From Spirochaetota bacterium (GTDB lineage: Bacteria; Spirochaetota; UBA4802; UBA5550), in assembly GCA_963664815.2 (NCBI GenBank), contig CAXXHB010000003.1, forward strand, positions 704,001-768,000: a stretch of DNA of 64,000 nucleotides, written 5' to 3'. A program made the position numbers and the translations under genes. The notes under the pieces were generated by a model that was not told where the DNA came from, searched no databases, and was given only the letters and a program-made list of their open reading frames with translations. Within the stretch, counting starts at the first letter, position 1, and each line of letters opens with the position of its first letter. Positions 17,891 to 28,584 of the stretch are shown piece after piece.

Positions 17891-19918
17891 ATTCTTTACG
17901 GTTATAGCCCTCCTGTTGTTTCAAAAGCCACAGGTAAGCTCATCATGGTTGTAAGCTATCCTATTTACTCGGCAACCGGTGAATTTCTAGGGATAACAGG
18001 CGGCCCGCTGAATATTGATTTTATGATAAAGAACATTTCTTCAATAAAAATCGGGAATACCGGATACCCCTTTATTGTTGATCACAGAGGTGTTGTAATT
18101 GTCCATCATGATAAAACCCATATATTAAAGACAAACATGTATGAACTCCAGGGTAGTTTAAAAATAACAAGGAGAATGATGAATAACGAAACCGGTTCAG
18201 AAGAGTATATATATAATGATATAAAAAAAATAGCCGGATTCGCACCTGTACCATTCACAGGATGGAAAGTTGTAGTAACACAGAACCGTGATGAAATTTT
18301 TGCGCCGTCAAGGTCTGTGCTTTATTTTATTATTTTCAGCGGAGTTATATTCATGGCAACTGTTTCAGCCGGTATTGTTTTTATTTCCAGAAAAATCAGC
18401 GGTTCTGTTGAGAACACCATTAAGATACTCAGGGAAATAACAGAACACACAAACGAGGTTGTTCTGACAATCGGCCGGGACGGGAGAATTAACTGGGCTA
18501 ACTCCATCATGGAAAATATTACCGGTATATCGCCAAGAGATTTACAGGGACGGGAACCTGTATTGACAAATTTAAATAATACGCCTGAAGATGAAATCTG
18601 GAATATACTGAATGGCGGAAACGCATGGACCGGCCGGATTATTCTGAAAGATTTAAACAATGAAGACGTTATCCTTGCAGCAATGATACTCCCTGTAAAA
18701 AATGAGAAGGGTAATATATACAGCTATATAGAGATCGGGCGGAATATTACACACGATCTTATGATTGAAAACAGGTTGAGACAGGCTCAGAAAATAGAAG
18801 CTGTGGGTACACTTGCCGGAGGAATTGCCCATGATTTCAACAATATTCTTGCCGGAATCTTCGGTTATGCGCAGATTGTACTTATGAATCCTGACGACAA
18901 AGTCCGCACAAAAAAAAATATTAAAGAGATACTGAAAGCTGCAGAGAGAGCCAGGGATCTTGTTCAGCAGATACTTACTTTCAGCCGCAAAACAGATGTT
19001 GAGTTTAAGCCGGTGAATATTGCATCTGTTATAAAGGAGGCGATTATCTTTCTGAGGGCATCAATACCTGCAACAATTGAACTGCATGAATCCATTGACA
19101 GCAATGCATATATTATGGGTGACAGGATACAGATCCACCAGGTTATTATAAATCTCTGCACCAACGCAACCCATGCCATAGGAAACAGCAGGGGAGTAAT
19201 AGATATCAGTCTTCATGATTTAGTTGCAGACAAGGAATTCACCAGACTTCATCCTGGACTATCGGAAGGACATCATGTGCAGATTACCGTAGCTGATTCA
19301 GGTAAAGGGATGGAGCCTGAAGTAATGGAAAAAATCTTTGATCCGTTTTTTACAACAAAACCTCAGGGAGAGGGTACAGGCCTCGGACTTTCCGTTGTAC
19401 ATGGTATTATTCAGACATTGAAGGGAATTATAAATGTTTACAGTAAACCGGGGAATGGGACGACTTTTAATGTAGTATTGCCGGTCACTACTGACATTGA
19501 GCATAGCCATGAAACGGAAAATCAGGAAAATACAATTATCGGAGGCAGCGAAAGAATACTTCTGATAGACGATGAATCTGCAATTATAAACTCATTTAAA
19601 CCGGCACTGGAAAAGCTTGGTTATGCAGTAAAGGCATTTTCGGACCCTCTGCAGGCCCTTGATGATTTCAGATCAAATCCATATTCGTATGATATCATAA
19701 TTACAGATCACACAATGCCACGGATGACAGGAATAGAAGTTGCATATGAAATCCGGAATCTAAGAGATGATATTATGGTAATTTTAAGTTCAGGGTACAT
19801 TGATCGTAATATAGAGGAGATTTCCAGGAGAGCAGGGATTACTGAAATTGTAAGAAAGCCTGCGACCCTGTATGATCTCTCGATTGTCATCAGAAAGGCT
19901 CTGGATAAGATGGCGTAA
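17891..19918 (+). pseudogene. 5'-truncated Cache-PAS hybrid histidine kinase (ORF from ATG 17945)
   Basis: The frame begins mid-dCache (SPPVVSKATGKLIMVVSYP) with no first TM and no RBS. AGGIAHDFNNIL H-box, HATPase and REC are intact. Confidence 0.65.
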
Positions 19919-19925
19919 AATTTTC

Positions 19926-20675
19926 CTATCTGTAAACAGGCATATTAACCCTGATATTTTTTGCTGATTTTACGCTGTCCTTCTTGACCTTACACTTCGA
20001 TATGGTCAGCATGGGGAAGACCACTTCAAGATTTACCTTTTTATCATCGATCATCACAAATACTGTGTCACCCATCTGAAGCATTGTTTTCTGTGAACTG
20101 ACTGCAATTACAAGTTCAGATTCATTCATTTTATAAATCTTTCCTATTAATCGTTTCGCAGAATTTTCCTTTTTATCTTTTCCTTTAACATCTTCAGATG
20201 ATGTTTTCACAGAATCCATCATTCTGACCAGGGTTTCAGTTCCTTTTTTTTTATATCCATTACCATCATCATTTGACCATTCTACTTTAAGTTTATTTTC
20301 TGCAACATAAAGTAGTCTAAAATTAACTGTATATTTTGTTGAGGGTACATAGTAGCTCCAGTTTAGTTCATTTCCGTCCCATCTGCTTGATATTACTTTC
20401 TGGTTTTCAACCGGTTTATTATCGCTGCCGAAATTAACTATTGAACTGACAGTGTAATTATTGTCAGTTCTATTGATAGAATGGAGGTTATGAGTTTCTG
20501 GGTCTTCCCATACCCCCTCCAGTCCTTTTATTACTTTATTCACTTTATTCTCTGAAACGATATTATCTGCTTTTTCAGGATTTTTTCTGAAGGTCTCCTT
20601 TTTGGGAGAGTTGCATCCTGACATCAGCAGAAGTGACAGAGACAGTATAAGAGATTTCTGATTGATATAATTCAT
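19926..20675 (-). CDS. Lipoprotein with a C-terminal domain shared with the WG-repeat protein
   Basis: MNYINQKSLILSLSLLLMSGC lipobox; start reassigned to ATG 20675. Confidence 0.75.
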   Translation of the reverse strand: MNYINQKSLILSLSLLLMSGCNSPKKETFRKNPEKADNIVSENKVNKVIKGLEGVWEDPETHNLHSINRTDNNYTVSSIVNFGSDNKPVENQKVISSRWDGNELNWSYYVPSTKYTVNFRLLYVAENKLKVEWSNDDGNGYKKKGTETLVRMMDSVKTSSEDVKGKDKKENSAKRLIGKIYKMNESELVIAVSSQKTMLQMGDTVFVMIDDKKVNLEVVFPMLTISKCKVKKDSVKSAKNIRVNMPVYR

Positions 20676-20870
20676 ATTTAAACCTTTGATATAATATAAT
20701 ACTCTGAATAAGATAAAAGTTAGACACTTAGTCAAGCAGGCAACTGAATTTTTATATGTCATGCATTTTAAATTTTATCGATCTGTCCTTATGCAAGTAT
20801 TCCTGCGGGGGGAGTGAAAATTCCGTTTACCGGTTATGGCAATAACTGCACATAGAATCTTAGTGTAATA

Positions 20871-21578
20871 TTATAAACCCGATGCGGTTTTATAAAATAT
20901 ATTCAGCCTGTTGATTATCCAGTTAAAATCATTTTTAAAATTCCAGGGTTTGTCCCCGGTAATAACAATATTTCTCCTCAGAACCAGCCCCCTGTTGTCT
21001 ATTAATGCGTACGGGTAAACACGGAAGATATCATGCAATGCGTCGCGGGTTTCCGCCGGTGACAGAAGAGCATCAATCTTATCCTGCTGTATATTGAGCA
21101 CCGAGACTAAATCTTCAAGAGGAGATTCTTTGGAAAACTGTCCGCCGCCAACTATGTTTTTAACAGAGTTGATAATTTTATTCTTTGCTTCTATTCTGAT
21201 ATCCGGATCAAGCGGATGCCGGAAAAAAATATTTACTGACAGTATATCCTTCTTATAGCCATCTTCGAATTTCACACTTATGCTGTAATCCCTGTAGATA
21301 CCGGAAAGGGCTATATCATACGGTTTTAGTCTGAAGGTCATTGCAAGCCCCAGGTAAGTGTGCGGATTTAATGATTTTGACGGATTGCTTATTATTGCAG
21401 CACAGCGGTTTTCAAACTGAAGCCCGGTTTTTTCGGCCCCTTCGCGAAGTGCTTTTTCCCACCGGATGAAAGAACCGGAGTAATCTTTCATGATAATGGT
21501 AAAAAAAATTAAAATAATGCCTGCTGTCGGAATGAAGAATAACAGATACACAGGGATCTCTAATATTGCGCTTATCAT
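20871..21578 (-). CDS. Hypothetical protein with an N-terminal TM segment
   Basis: 235-aa ORF with a hydrophobic N-terminus. Confidence 0.65.
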   Translation of the reverse strand: MISAILEIPVYLLFFIPTAGIILIFFTIIMKDYSGSFIRWEKALREGAEKTGLQFENRCAAIISNPSKSLNPHTYLGLAMTFRLKPYDIALSGIYRDYSISVKFEDGYKKDILSVNIFFRHPLDPDIRIEAKNKIINSVKNIVGGGQFSKESPLEDLVSVLNIQQDKIDALLSPAETRDALHDIFRVYPYALIDNRGLVLRRNIVITGDKPWNFKNDFNWIINRLNIFYKTASGL

Positions 21579-21761
21579 CCGATTCTACCCCCGTTTTTCC
21601 GGCTAAAAGATAAACCGGGTATTTATCCCTGCTGTTCCAGGGATAATAATGCACATGCAGCCTGCATGTTATAACTGATATTACTGTTATTTTGAATATG
21701 ACAATCTGCCGTATGGCAACTGTTTTTTTATCATTATATTGCTTATTCGGCATATGCCTTA

Positions 21762-23090
21762 TTACATCGACATCCCCACGTAGAACGAAAACTCCGTATT
21801 ATCTGTCTTTACATTATGCCCCACGTTGAATCCCATTGCCGGGAGCGAGATGTTTTTCAGGTAGAGCAGTGTGCCGCATCCGGGTCCGTAATAGCGTGTT
21901 GTATCAACTTCGTCGCTGCCGAATAACCCCTGTTCCCAGAACGCCTGTATGGTCACCGCTCCACGGGAGAACCTGAACAGAGGGTATTCATATATTGCCG
22001 TGCCATTAATCCACCTGTCAGCGGATATAATGTCAGGTGGGAGAGTCATTGTTCCAGTTCTGCCGCTGATTCTCTCACCCATTATTTCAGGTCTGTTGCC
22101 GTATGAGCCGGAGGAGTGTATGGCAAGCCTGTGGTATGTGAAGAGTTTGAATGAGTATTGTGCATTATACTGCCCGTAGCTGTAGTCAGCGCCTGTGCCG
22201 TCGTTAAAGCAGTAGTACCATCCTGAATCCAGTTTGAATCCGTAAAAGAGGTACTCGTAATGGTAAATCCTGTCGACATTAAGCAGCAGGCCTGCGGGGT
22301 AGACCTTCACAGAATCGGGCAGGTTATAGCCTCTGTTGTATTCTTTATCGATAATGTTCTGTCTGTATCCGCCTGAAAGGAACAGGTTTATGCTATATGG
22401 AAATGAATATCCCAGGTCAGCACGGCAAAGCATGTTCTCTGCCCTGTACTCATTGAAGGTATTCTCCTTCATATCACCTGTTTCGTAGATAAATTTTTTA
22501 TAGGAGAGGAACAGGTTGAACCTGAGATCGGTGCTGTTCAGCGAGGGATCCACAAAGCCGATAAGCGCGCTGTTCCCCGCTGTTGAGTAGCTCCCTCCGG
22601 CAAAAATCATTTTACCGTAGCCCATGAAGTTGCTCTCCATGACATAAAGCCCTGCAGAGAGTCTGTTCCCGTTGCTTGTGAAGAGAGGTATTGGGATTAA
22701 GGTCCATTTTTCACGGACAATGATCTCCACGATCACTCCTTCATTCTCCCGTATGTAGTTAAGCTCAATGCTGCTGAATATGTTTTTCTTTTTGAGGCTG
22801 TTGACCGTGTGATAGCAGTCGAATGACGAGAGGTTCTCTCCGGGCTGTGTGTGAATTTCTTTGAGGATTGTTAGTGGTCTTGTTTTGCTTATGCCTGATA
22901 TGCGGAAATCTTTTATAACCATATTGCCATGCTGCTGTATAAAACCGTCGCGCCTGCCGGAAAGATATTTCTCTTCGTATTTATAATCCTCAGGGCCGTT
23001 ATCATCTGCATCTGTTACAGAGGCCGTAGCCGGCATAAGCGCCATGGAGATCAGTAAGGACAGAAATATCTGTCTGATAATTAGTTTCAT
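21762..23090 (-). CDS. Omp85/BamA-like outer-membrane protein with a single POTRA domain
   Basis: Signal peptide; ISGISKTR...IFSSIEL...VEIIVREKWTLIP POTRA; ESNFMGYGK; C-terminal beta strand FSFYVGMSM. Confidence 0.75.
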   Translation of the reverse strand: MKLIIRQIFLSLLISMALMPATASVTDADDNGPEDYKYEEKYLSGRRDGFIQQHGNMVIKDFRISGISKTRPLTILKEIHTQPGENLSSFDCYHTVNSLKKKNIFSSIELNYIRENEGVIVEIIVREKWTLIPIPLFTSNGNRLSAGLYVMESNFMGYGKMIFAGGSYSTAGNSALIGFVDPSLNSTDLRFNLFLSYKKFIYETGDMKENTFNEYRAENMLCRADLGYSFPYSINLFLSGGYRQNIIDKEYNRGYNLPDSVKVYPAGLLLNVDRIYHYEYLFYGFKLDSGWYYCFNDGTGADYSYGQYNAQYSFKLFTYHRLAIHSSGSYGNRPEIMGERISGRTGTMTLPPDIISADRWINGTAIYEYPLFRFSRGAVTIQAFWEQGLFGSDEVDTTRYYGPGCGTLLYLKNISLPAMGFNVGHNVKTDNTEFSFYVGMSM

Positions 23091-23118
23091 TATTAATTCC
23101 GGGTGATTTAATTATCGG

Positions 23119-23169
23119 GCATTACCGGAAGAAAAAATAACTGAAGAAAATTTTTCTCCGGTAATGCTG
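23119..23169. terminator. Stem-loop between the SH3-like and Omp85-like genes
   Basis: GCATTACCGGA...TCCGGTAATGC inverted repeat. Confidence 0.5.
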
Positions 23170-23184
23170 TGAATCAGAAAAAGA

Positions 23185-24024
23185 CTATTTCTGCTCTTCC
23201 ATCCGGAAGTTAATCCACTTAAATCTTTTTACCTTTTTATCTGACTGTCTGTAGTCCTGAATATTTTCGTCAAAGTTTGAGGTTATTCCGACAAGTCTAA
23301 TTTCATCTTTAAGAGATTTATCTGAAGATGGAAAGATCATCTCCTCTTCATAATGAAAAACACCGGCTTCAAAAACTGAGGTGTCTGTTCCGAGATAATA
23401 CAGCTTTTCATCAGAAATCCCTATCCAGATATTACCCGCCGGGTAACCGCATGCTTCATAATTACAATTAATAGATATAATATGTTTCAATCCCGAAAGA
23501 CCCAAGTTGTTGTGAAAATTGACAGTTATATTATATACATAAAAAGGGTTTTCACCCCCTGACGGAAAATCATGAAGCGTCACCGGCAGAGATGAAATAA
23601 TTTTACCATCATGTATTAATCTGCACTCACCTTCAAATCCCCCGTTCGCTGCATATTTTCTGAACCCGAATATAAGGAGATCTTTATCTGTTTTCTGATA
23701 TCCGGCAGCAATGAGTCCGCCCCATATATATCCTGTTACCTTCTTTTCATTTTTCATATAGCTGATCTGATACCAGTATTCACTGAATCCGTTCTGTGAC
23801 ATCACCCTGGATGTCTTTTTTAATATCTTCACAGGAAAACCGGCTGGAAGAGTATCTGCAATATTCGTTTCTGCGATTTCCGGGATCTTCCTGACGCGTG
23901 CGTTATCACCAAAAATAAAAGTATTGCTATTTTCTACAAAGCTGCCATGGTAAATAATATTTTGATCTCCGCCATAAACACAAAAAGAAAAAAACAGAAA
24001 GAGCAGCATAAAGTATTTTCTCAT
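23185..24024 (-). CDS. Exported SH3b-domain protein
   Basis: Signal peptide; NARVRKIP...LPAGFPVKIL...WYQISY...GYIWGG. Confidence 0.75.
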   Translation of the reverse strand: MRKYFMLLFLFFSFCVYGGDQNIIYHGSFVENSNTFIFGDNARVRKIPEIAETNIADTLPAGFPVKILKKTSRVMSQNGFSEYWYQISYMKNEKKVTGYIWGGLIAAGYQKTDKDLLIFGFRKYAANGGFEGECRLIHDGKIISSLPVTLHDFPSGGENPFYVYNITVNFHNNLGLSGLKHIISINCNYEACGYPAGNIWIGISDEKLYYLGTDTSVFEAGVFHYEEEMIFPSSDKSLKDEIRLVGITSNFDENIQDYRQSDKKVKRFKWINFRMEEQK

Positions 24025-24120
24025 AAAACTCTCCTTTATGATAACAGATTATCTGGTATCCTGGCAACAGATCGGATTTTATAACGAATCTGAAACTTAA
24101 TCAACTCATATAGACAAATG

Positions 24121-24384
24121 GGTGGTTTGTCAACCCGGAATCTTGCTTTCTGTTCAGGCTTTATTGACAATGAACTCTATGTTAAAAAGTGTAATGAACA
24201 TTGACCGGTCAAGGATGTCTCCTTTAAAGATGGATAGATTGTTATTGATGAACATTTATGTCCGGGATGCGGACTCTGTGCCGCTAAATGCCCGAAGAGT
24301 GCCATAAGGCTTAATCTGCAAACCCCATTAAAAGAAAAAATACAGGATTATTTCACAGATGGCGGTCTTGAGGTGAAAATATAA
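24121..24384 (+). pseudogene. Remnant 3' end of a 4Fe-4S dicluster protein
   Basis: The frame from 24181 reads VKKCNEH*PVKDVSFKDG*IVIDEHLCPGCGLCAAKCPKSAI..., with internal TGA (24202) and TAG (24235). Confidence 0.75.
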
Positions 24385-24387
24385 TCG

Positions 24388-24690
24388 GGAAAAGCGGCTC
24401 CATCTCTGCCGTATAAATTCACTCTTAAAACCATTGTTATTTTATAGTTGCCTGAAATTGTAATAACAGACTACAGAGTGTTATGTTATATATAAAATCT
24501 GTTCATCCGCCAGCCGATAAGCAGTTACACCATCCATCGATGGCTGCAAAGTATAAAAGATTTAGTACTATGTATTCATAGAAAACACCACTAATACATA
24601 GAACGGAATTTATACTCCTGCCGCAATATTCTGTTGCTAATTAAAATCACCGTAATTAAAGACTGCCGCATAGTGTATTCTGCCGGGTTA
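24388..24690 (+). repeat. ~300-bp diverged non-coding repeat, copy 2 (left flank of the sugar cassette)
   Basis: Collinear blocks GGAAAAGCGGCTxCATCTC, GTGTTATGTTxTAT, TATAAAAGATTTAGTACTATG, ATAGAACGGA and TGCTAATT shared with 27572-27860. Confidence 0.8.
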
Positions 24691-24829
24691 AAAAAGTAAC
24701 TTCACCTCTGCGTCTGGTGGGTCTCTCCAGCCACAGAATACATAAGATCTTGGATCAAGAACGCTCATTGAACGGCTTGTCCTGAGCATCGGAGTAAGTC
24801 AAAATGAGCAGGTTATTAAAGGAAAATAA

Positions 24830-25204
24830 ATGGCGGAATTATTACCTCTTCCTGTTTTTAATGATAGCAGGGGATCGCTTAATGTAATTGAAGCATCAAA
24901 AACAGTAAATTTTGAAATTAAACGGATGTATTCTATATATAATGTACCCGGAGATGTAGAAAGAGGGGGTCACAGACATAGAACAACAACCCAGGCCTTG
25001 ATATGCGTAAAGGGTGATTGTAAAATATTTGTTGATAATGGATCTGAGAAAAATGAGTACATTCTGGACAGTCCGGATAAGTGTCTTATTGTAAAACCTG
25101 AAGACTGGCATACAATGCACAGCTTTTCAGATGATGCAGTTCTTATTGTGCTTTCATCAACTCATTATGACAAAAATGATTATATAGATGAGAAATATAA
25201 TTAA
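24830..25204 (+). CDS. fdtA: FdtA/QdtA (WxcM-like) cupin sugar 3,4-ketoisomerase
   Basis: DSRGSL, RGGHRH and WHTMHSFS motifs. Confidence 0.85.
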   Translation: MAELLPLPVFNDSRGSLNVIEASKTVNFEIKRMYSIYNVPGDVERGGHRHRTTTQALICVKGDCKIFVDNGSEKNEYILDSPDKCLIVKPEDWHTMHSFSDDAVLIVLSSTHYDKNDYIDEKYN

Positions 25205-25216
25205 TGAGAAATATAA

Positions 25217-26302
25217 ATGATAGAATATGAAAGTCTAAAACTTGTAAATAGACCATTTTTTGAAGACTTCAGAAGATCTTTTAATAATACTATTGAAAGC
25301 GGGCGGTATATTCTCGGCCAGAATGTAATGGATTTTGAGAAAGAATTTGCGCATTACAATAATTCAAAATATTGCACAGGCGTGGCATCCGGTCTGGATG
25401 CACTTACCCTGTCGCTGGATGCGTTCTGTTTTGAACCAGGGTGTGAAGTACTTGTCCCTTCAAATACATATATAGCAACTATTCTGTCTATATTACATAA
25501 TAATCTGAAACCGGTACTTGTTGAACCGGATATCCGTACGTATAATATTGATCCATCCGGAATTGAAGAAAAGATAACAGGGAAAACAAGGGCTGTAATT
25601 GTTGTACATCTTTATGGCAAATCCTGTAATATGGATCCAATAATTGACATTGCTGCAAAGTATAATCTGAAGGTGATAGAGGATTGCGCCCAATCTCACG
25701 GTGCGAAGTATAAAGGACGCAATACAGGGACATTCGGTGATTTCGGAGCATTCAGTTTTTATCCTACAAAAAATCTTGGTGCTCTCGGCGATGCAGGGGC
25801 TGTTGTTACTGATGATGAGAATCTTAAAAAGAAAATTAATCAGCTGCGGAACTATGGTTCGGACATAAAATATTACAATGAGGTAGTGGGCTTTAATTCA
25901 AGGCTTGATGAAGTTCAGGCCGGGTTCCTTTCCATAAAACTGAAAAAGCTTGATGAAATTAATTCACACAAAAGAAAGCTGGCTGAAATTTATCAAAAAA
26001 ATCTAAAGGATGATTTTATAAAACCTGTAGTTGATCCTGACTACCATGATGTCTATCATATTTATAATATCAGACATGAAAAGAGAGACGCTGTCCGGGA
26101 ATATCTTCTGAAGCATGATATTAAAACCGAAATCCATTACCCGGTTTTTCCCCATAAACAGAAAGCGATGAAGGATATTTTTAAAGGGGAGGATTATCCG
26201 ATCTCACAGGAGATACACTGCACCACGCTCAGTCTGCCCGTCTCCTATGGCCATTCCGGGAATGATATATACAGAGTCGTTGAAGTTCTTAATAAATTCT
26301 GA
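25217..26302 (+). CDS. DegT/DnrJ/EryC1/StrS sugar aminotransferase (FdtB-like)
   Basis: [29 protein letters not shown] and NSRLDE motifs. Confidence 0.92.
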   Translation: MIEYESLKLVNRPFFEDFRRSFNNTIESGRYILGQNVMDFEKEFAHYNNSKYCTGVASGLDALTLSLDAFCFEPGCEVLVPSNTYIATILSILHNNLKPVLVEPDIRTYNIDPSGIEEKITGKTRAVIVVHLYGKSCNMDPIIDIAAKYNLKVIEDCAQSHGAKYKGRNTGTFGDFGAFSFYPTKNLGALGDAGAVVTDDENLKKKINQLRNYGSDIKYYNEVVGFNSRLDEVQAGFLSIKLKKLDEINSHKRKLAEIYQKNLKDDFIKPVVDPDYHDVYHIYNIRHEKRDAVREYLLKHDIKTEIHYPVFPHKQKAMKDIFKGEDYPISQEIHCTTLSLPVSYGHSGNDIYRVVEVLNKF

Positions 26303-26313
26303 GTGTAAACCCG

Positions 26314-27225
26314 ATGAAATTATCAATATGCATACCTGTCTACAATGGTTCTGAAACGATAGAGGATCTTGTAAATTCCGTGTTTGAAAACCTGAAACAG
26401 CATCAAGTTGAGATAGTCATGGTAAATGACGGCAGCCATGATAACAGCGAGGATGTATGTGAAGCAATAGTAAAAAATAAGAAGAATGTTAAATTTATTT
26501 CACTCAGAAAAAATTTCGGTGAGCATAATGCAGTTATGTGCGCTCTGAATTATACGGATGGTGATTATATCGCAATAATTGATGATGATTTTCAGAATCC
26601 GCCTGAGGAAATTATAAAACTTTTAAGTGAAGCAGAAAAGGGATATGATGTTGTTTATTCAAAATACGAGATCAAGAAACACCACTGTTTCAGGAACTTA
26701 GGGAGCAGGTTCAATAATATCGTCGCAACCTGGCTTCTTAATAAACCAGCGAGTCTTTATCTTTCAAGTTTCAAGGTGATAAACAAGGATTTAAAAAATG
26801 AAATTATAAAGTACACAGGGCCGTTTCCCTATATTGATGGTCTTATTCTGAGAGCCACAAATAATATTACATCAGTTTATGTTCAGCATGATGCAAGAAA
26901 GATCGGGAGATCTAATTATACGCTATCAAAACTGCTTTCACTATGGCTTAATATGTTTATAAATTTTTCAATCAAGCCCATGAGAATTTTTACATTTTTC
27001 GGGATAATCGTATCCATCTTCAGTTTTATTCTGGCAGTTTTTTTTATTATTGATAAAATACTCCATCCAGAAAATCAATCAGGATGGACTTCACTTGCAG
27101 TTTCTATATTGTTCTTTTCCGGTATACAGATTGTATTTATGGGCCTTATCAGTGAATATATCGGGAAGCAGTACCTTGACTCAAATAAAACCCCGCAATG
27201 GACTGTGAAGAAAAAAATATTATGA
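26314..27225 (+). CDS. GT2 polyprenol-phosphate glycosyltransferase (ArnC/GtrB-like)
   Basis: IPVYN, NDGSHD, NFGEHNA and IDDDFQNPP motifs; two C-terminal TMs; EYIGK. Confidence 0.9.
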   Translation: MKLSICIPVYNGSETIEDLVNSVFENLKQHQVEIVMVNDGSHDNSEDVCEAIVKNKKNVKFISLRKNFGEHNAVMCALNYTDGDYIAIIDDDFQNPPEEIIKLLSEAEKGYDVVYSKYEIKKHHCFRNLGSRFNNIVATWLLNKPASLYLSSFKVINKDLKNEIIKYTGPFPYIDGLILRATNNITSVYVQHDARKIGRSNYTLSKLLSLWLNMFINFSIKPMRIFTFFGIIVSIFSFILAVFFIIDKILHPENQSGWTSLAVSILFFSGIQIVFMGLISEYIGKQYLDSNKTPQWTVKKKIL

Positions 27226-27287
27226 AGCATTACGCTGAAAAAAAGGTACTGATAATGAAAAATGATTGTTTTGTCAGTCCGGAATAA
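27222..27287 (+). pseudogene. Truncated start of a fourth cassette gene (probably an NAD-dependent epimerase/dehydratase)
   Basis: ATGA overlap with the GT2 stop. MKHYAEKKVLI resembles a Rossmann beta-1 lead-in, then diverges and stops. Confidence 0.4.
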
Positions 27288-27305
27288 TTTTTTTTATTTC
27301 CGACA

Positions 27306-27400
27306 TTTCGATACAGGCTGCGCCCTACTCAGTGCAAGTGGTTTGAACCAGGGTTGTGAGCGAAGCCGAACCACACTTCGGCAGGGCTCAGTGCAAGTGT
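27306..27400. repeat. Cluster of degenerate REP-like palindromic repeats
   Basis: CTCAGTGCAAGTG occurs twice; CTTCGGCAGGGCTCAG and TGAGCGAAGCCGAA are complementary-type units. Related units lie at ~27916-27932 and ~27977-27992. Confidence 0.5.
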
Positions 27401-27571
27401 CACAAGTAAGGTTACAGTATGTAACTTGAATTGAGGTGGTTCAGAATACAGTGCGTACTATAATATATGTAAAATCTCTGATTAATATAAAAATGGTAAC
27501 ATCATAACGATATACTCCGTTTAATGATGATTGAAAATTAAACATTAAGATATATAAGAAAATTGTATTCA

Positions 27572-27860
27572 GGAAAAGCGGCTACATCTCAACCAGATAA
27601 AAACATTTTTGAAATCACGATTAAATTAAAATGACCTGTAAATTACTGGCTATTATAGTCTGCGGTGTGTTATGTTTTATATGAAATATATTTATCTGCC
27701 TGGCAATAAACAATTGAGCAATTGTTTATTGTTGTTAAATATAAAAGATTTAGTACTATGAAATCATAGATATTATAACTAATATATAGAACGGATTTTT
27801 TCTCCTGACAGAATATTCTATTGCTAATTTACATCCTGAGAATTAGAGACTGCTGATAAC
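27572..27860 (+). repeat. ~300-bp diverged non-coding repeat, copy 3 (right flank of the sugar cassette)
   Basis: Collinear with 24388-24690. Confidence 0.8.
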
Positions 27861-28239
27861 ATTTAATCTTCGTTCAGAAAAACATTCTGGTCAAGATAAA
27901 ATTTATTCACAGGTACTTCGGATCCGCTCAGTAAGCGATGGGTAACGGGTTTTTTTAATTCATGTACAGAACTCCCATTGAGTGGAGTCGAAATGAGCGA
28001 TTTACGAAATCAACCCGCGGGTAGCGCAGGTGCTTCGAATAGCGGTTGTTTGATAAAGTCGGACAATGGATTGTCAAGACGGAATAACATATTTGCTTCC
28101 TGTGATTTTTTAATATGTCCCCTTCTCATCAGGAGTTTCCGGTGACCGGAAGGGTACTCTAAGACGTATTTTCTTATATTAAAAAATTTAGTATATAAAA
28201 CAAAAATTAGATATATAACTATTAACTATTGGAGGTTTT

Positions 28240-28584
28240 ATGCGTAACAAGTTTGTATTGTTTTTTATTCCAATACTTTTCTCTTTATTTTTTTCATGTG
28301 CTTCTTATAGCATTGATAACTTTATTCAAACAGGGAAAACTTTTTCACCTTTTCCTGAAAGTGAAGAAGTCGATGTAGTTATGCGTGCTGTTCCAAGTTA
28401 TAAAGTTATACCAATTGGGTTAATAAAAATATGTTACCAAGTTAATCTTTCTGAAGATGGTATAACAGAATTAAAAAAAGTTGCCAGGAGTAAAGGTGGG
28501 AATGTCATTGCTCTTTTTGAAAGTGGATACGAAGCTGGATATAAGTATTCAATTTATGAAGTAGCAAGGAAAGTAAATAATTAA
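28240..28584 (+). CDS. Small lipoprotein
   Basis: GGAGG RBS; LFFSC lipobox; KKVARSKGGNVI motif. Confidence 0.75.
   Translation: MRNKFVLFFIPILFSLFFSCASYSIDNFIQTGKTFSPFPESEEVDVVMRAVPSYKVIPIGLIKICYQVNLSEDGITELKKVARSKGGNVIALFESGYEAGYKYSIYEVARKVNN

Noticed and set aside
24202-24204. TGA at a Cys position (H*PV) of a ferredoxin motif, as a possible second selenoprotein
   Set aside because: The same frame has a TAG at 24235, a decayed first cluster motif and no start codon, so it is a pseudogene.
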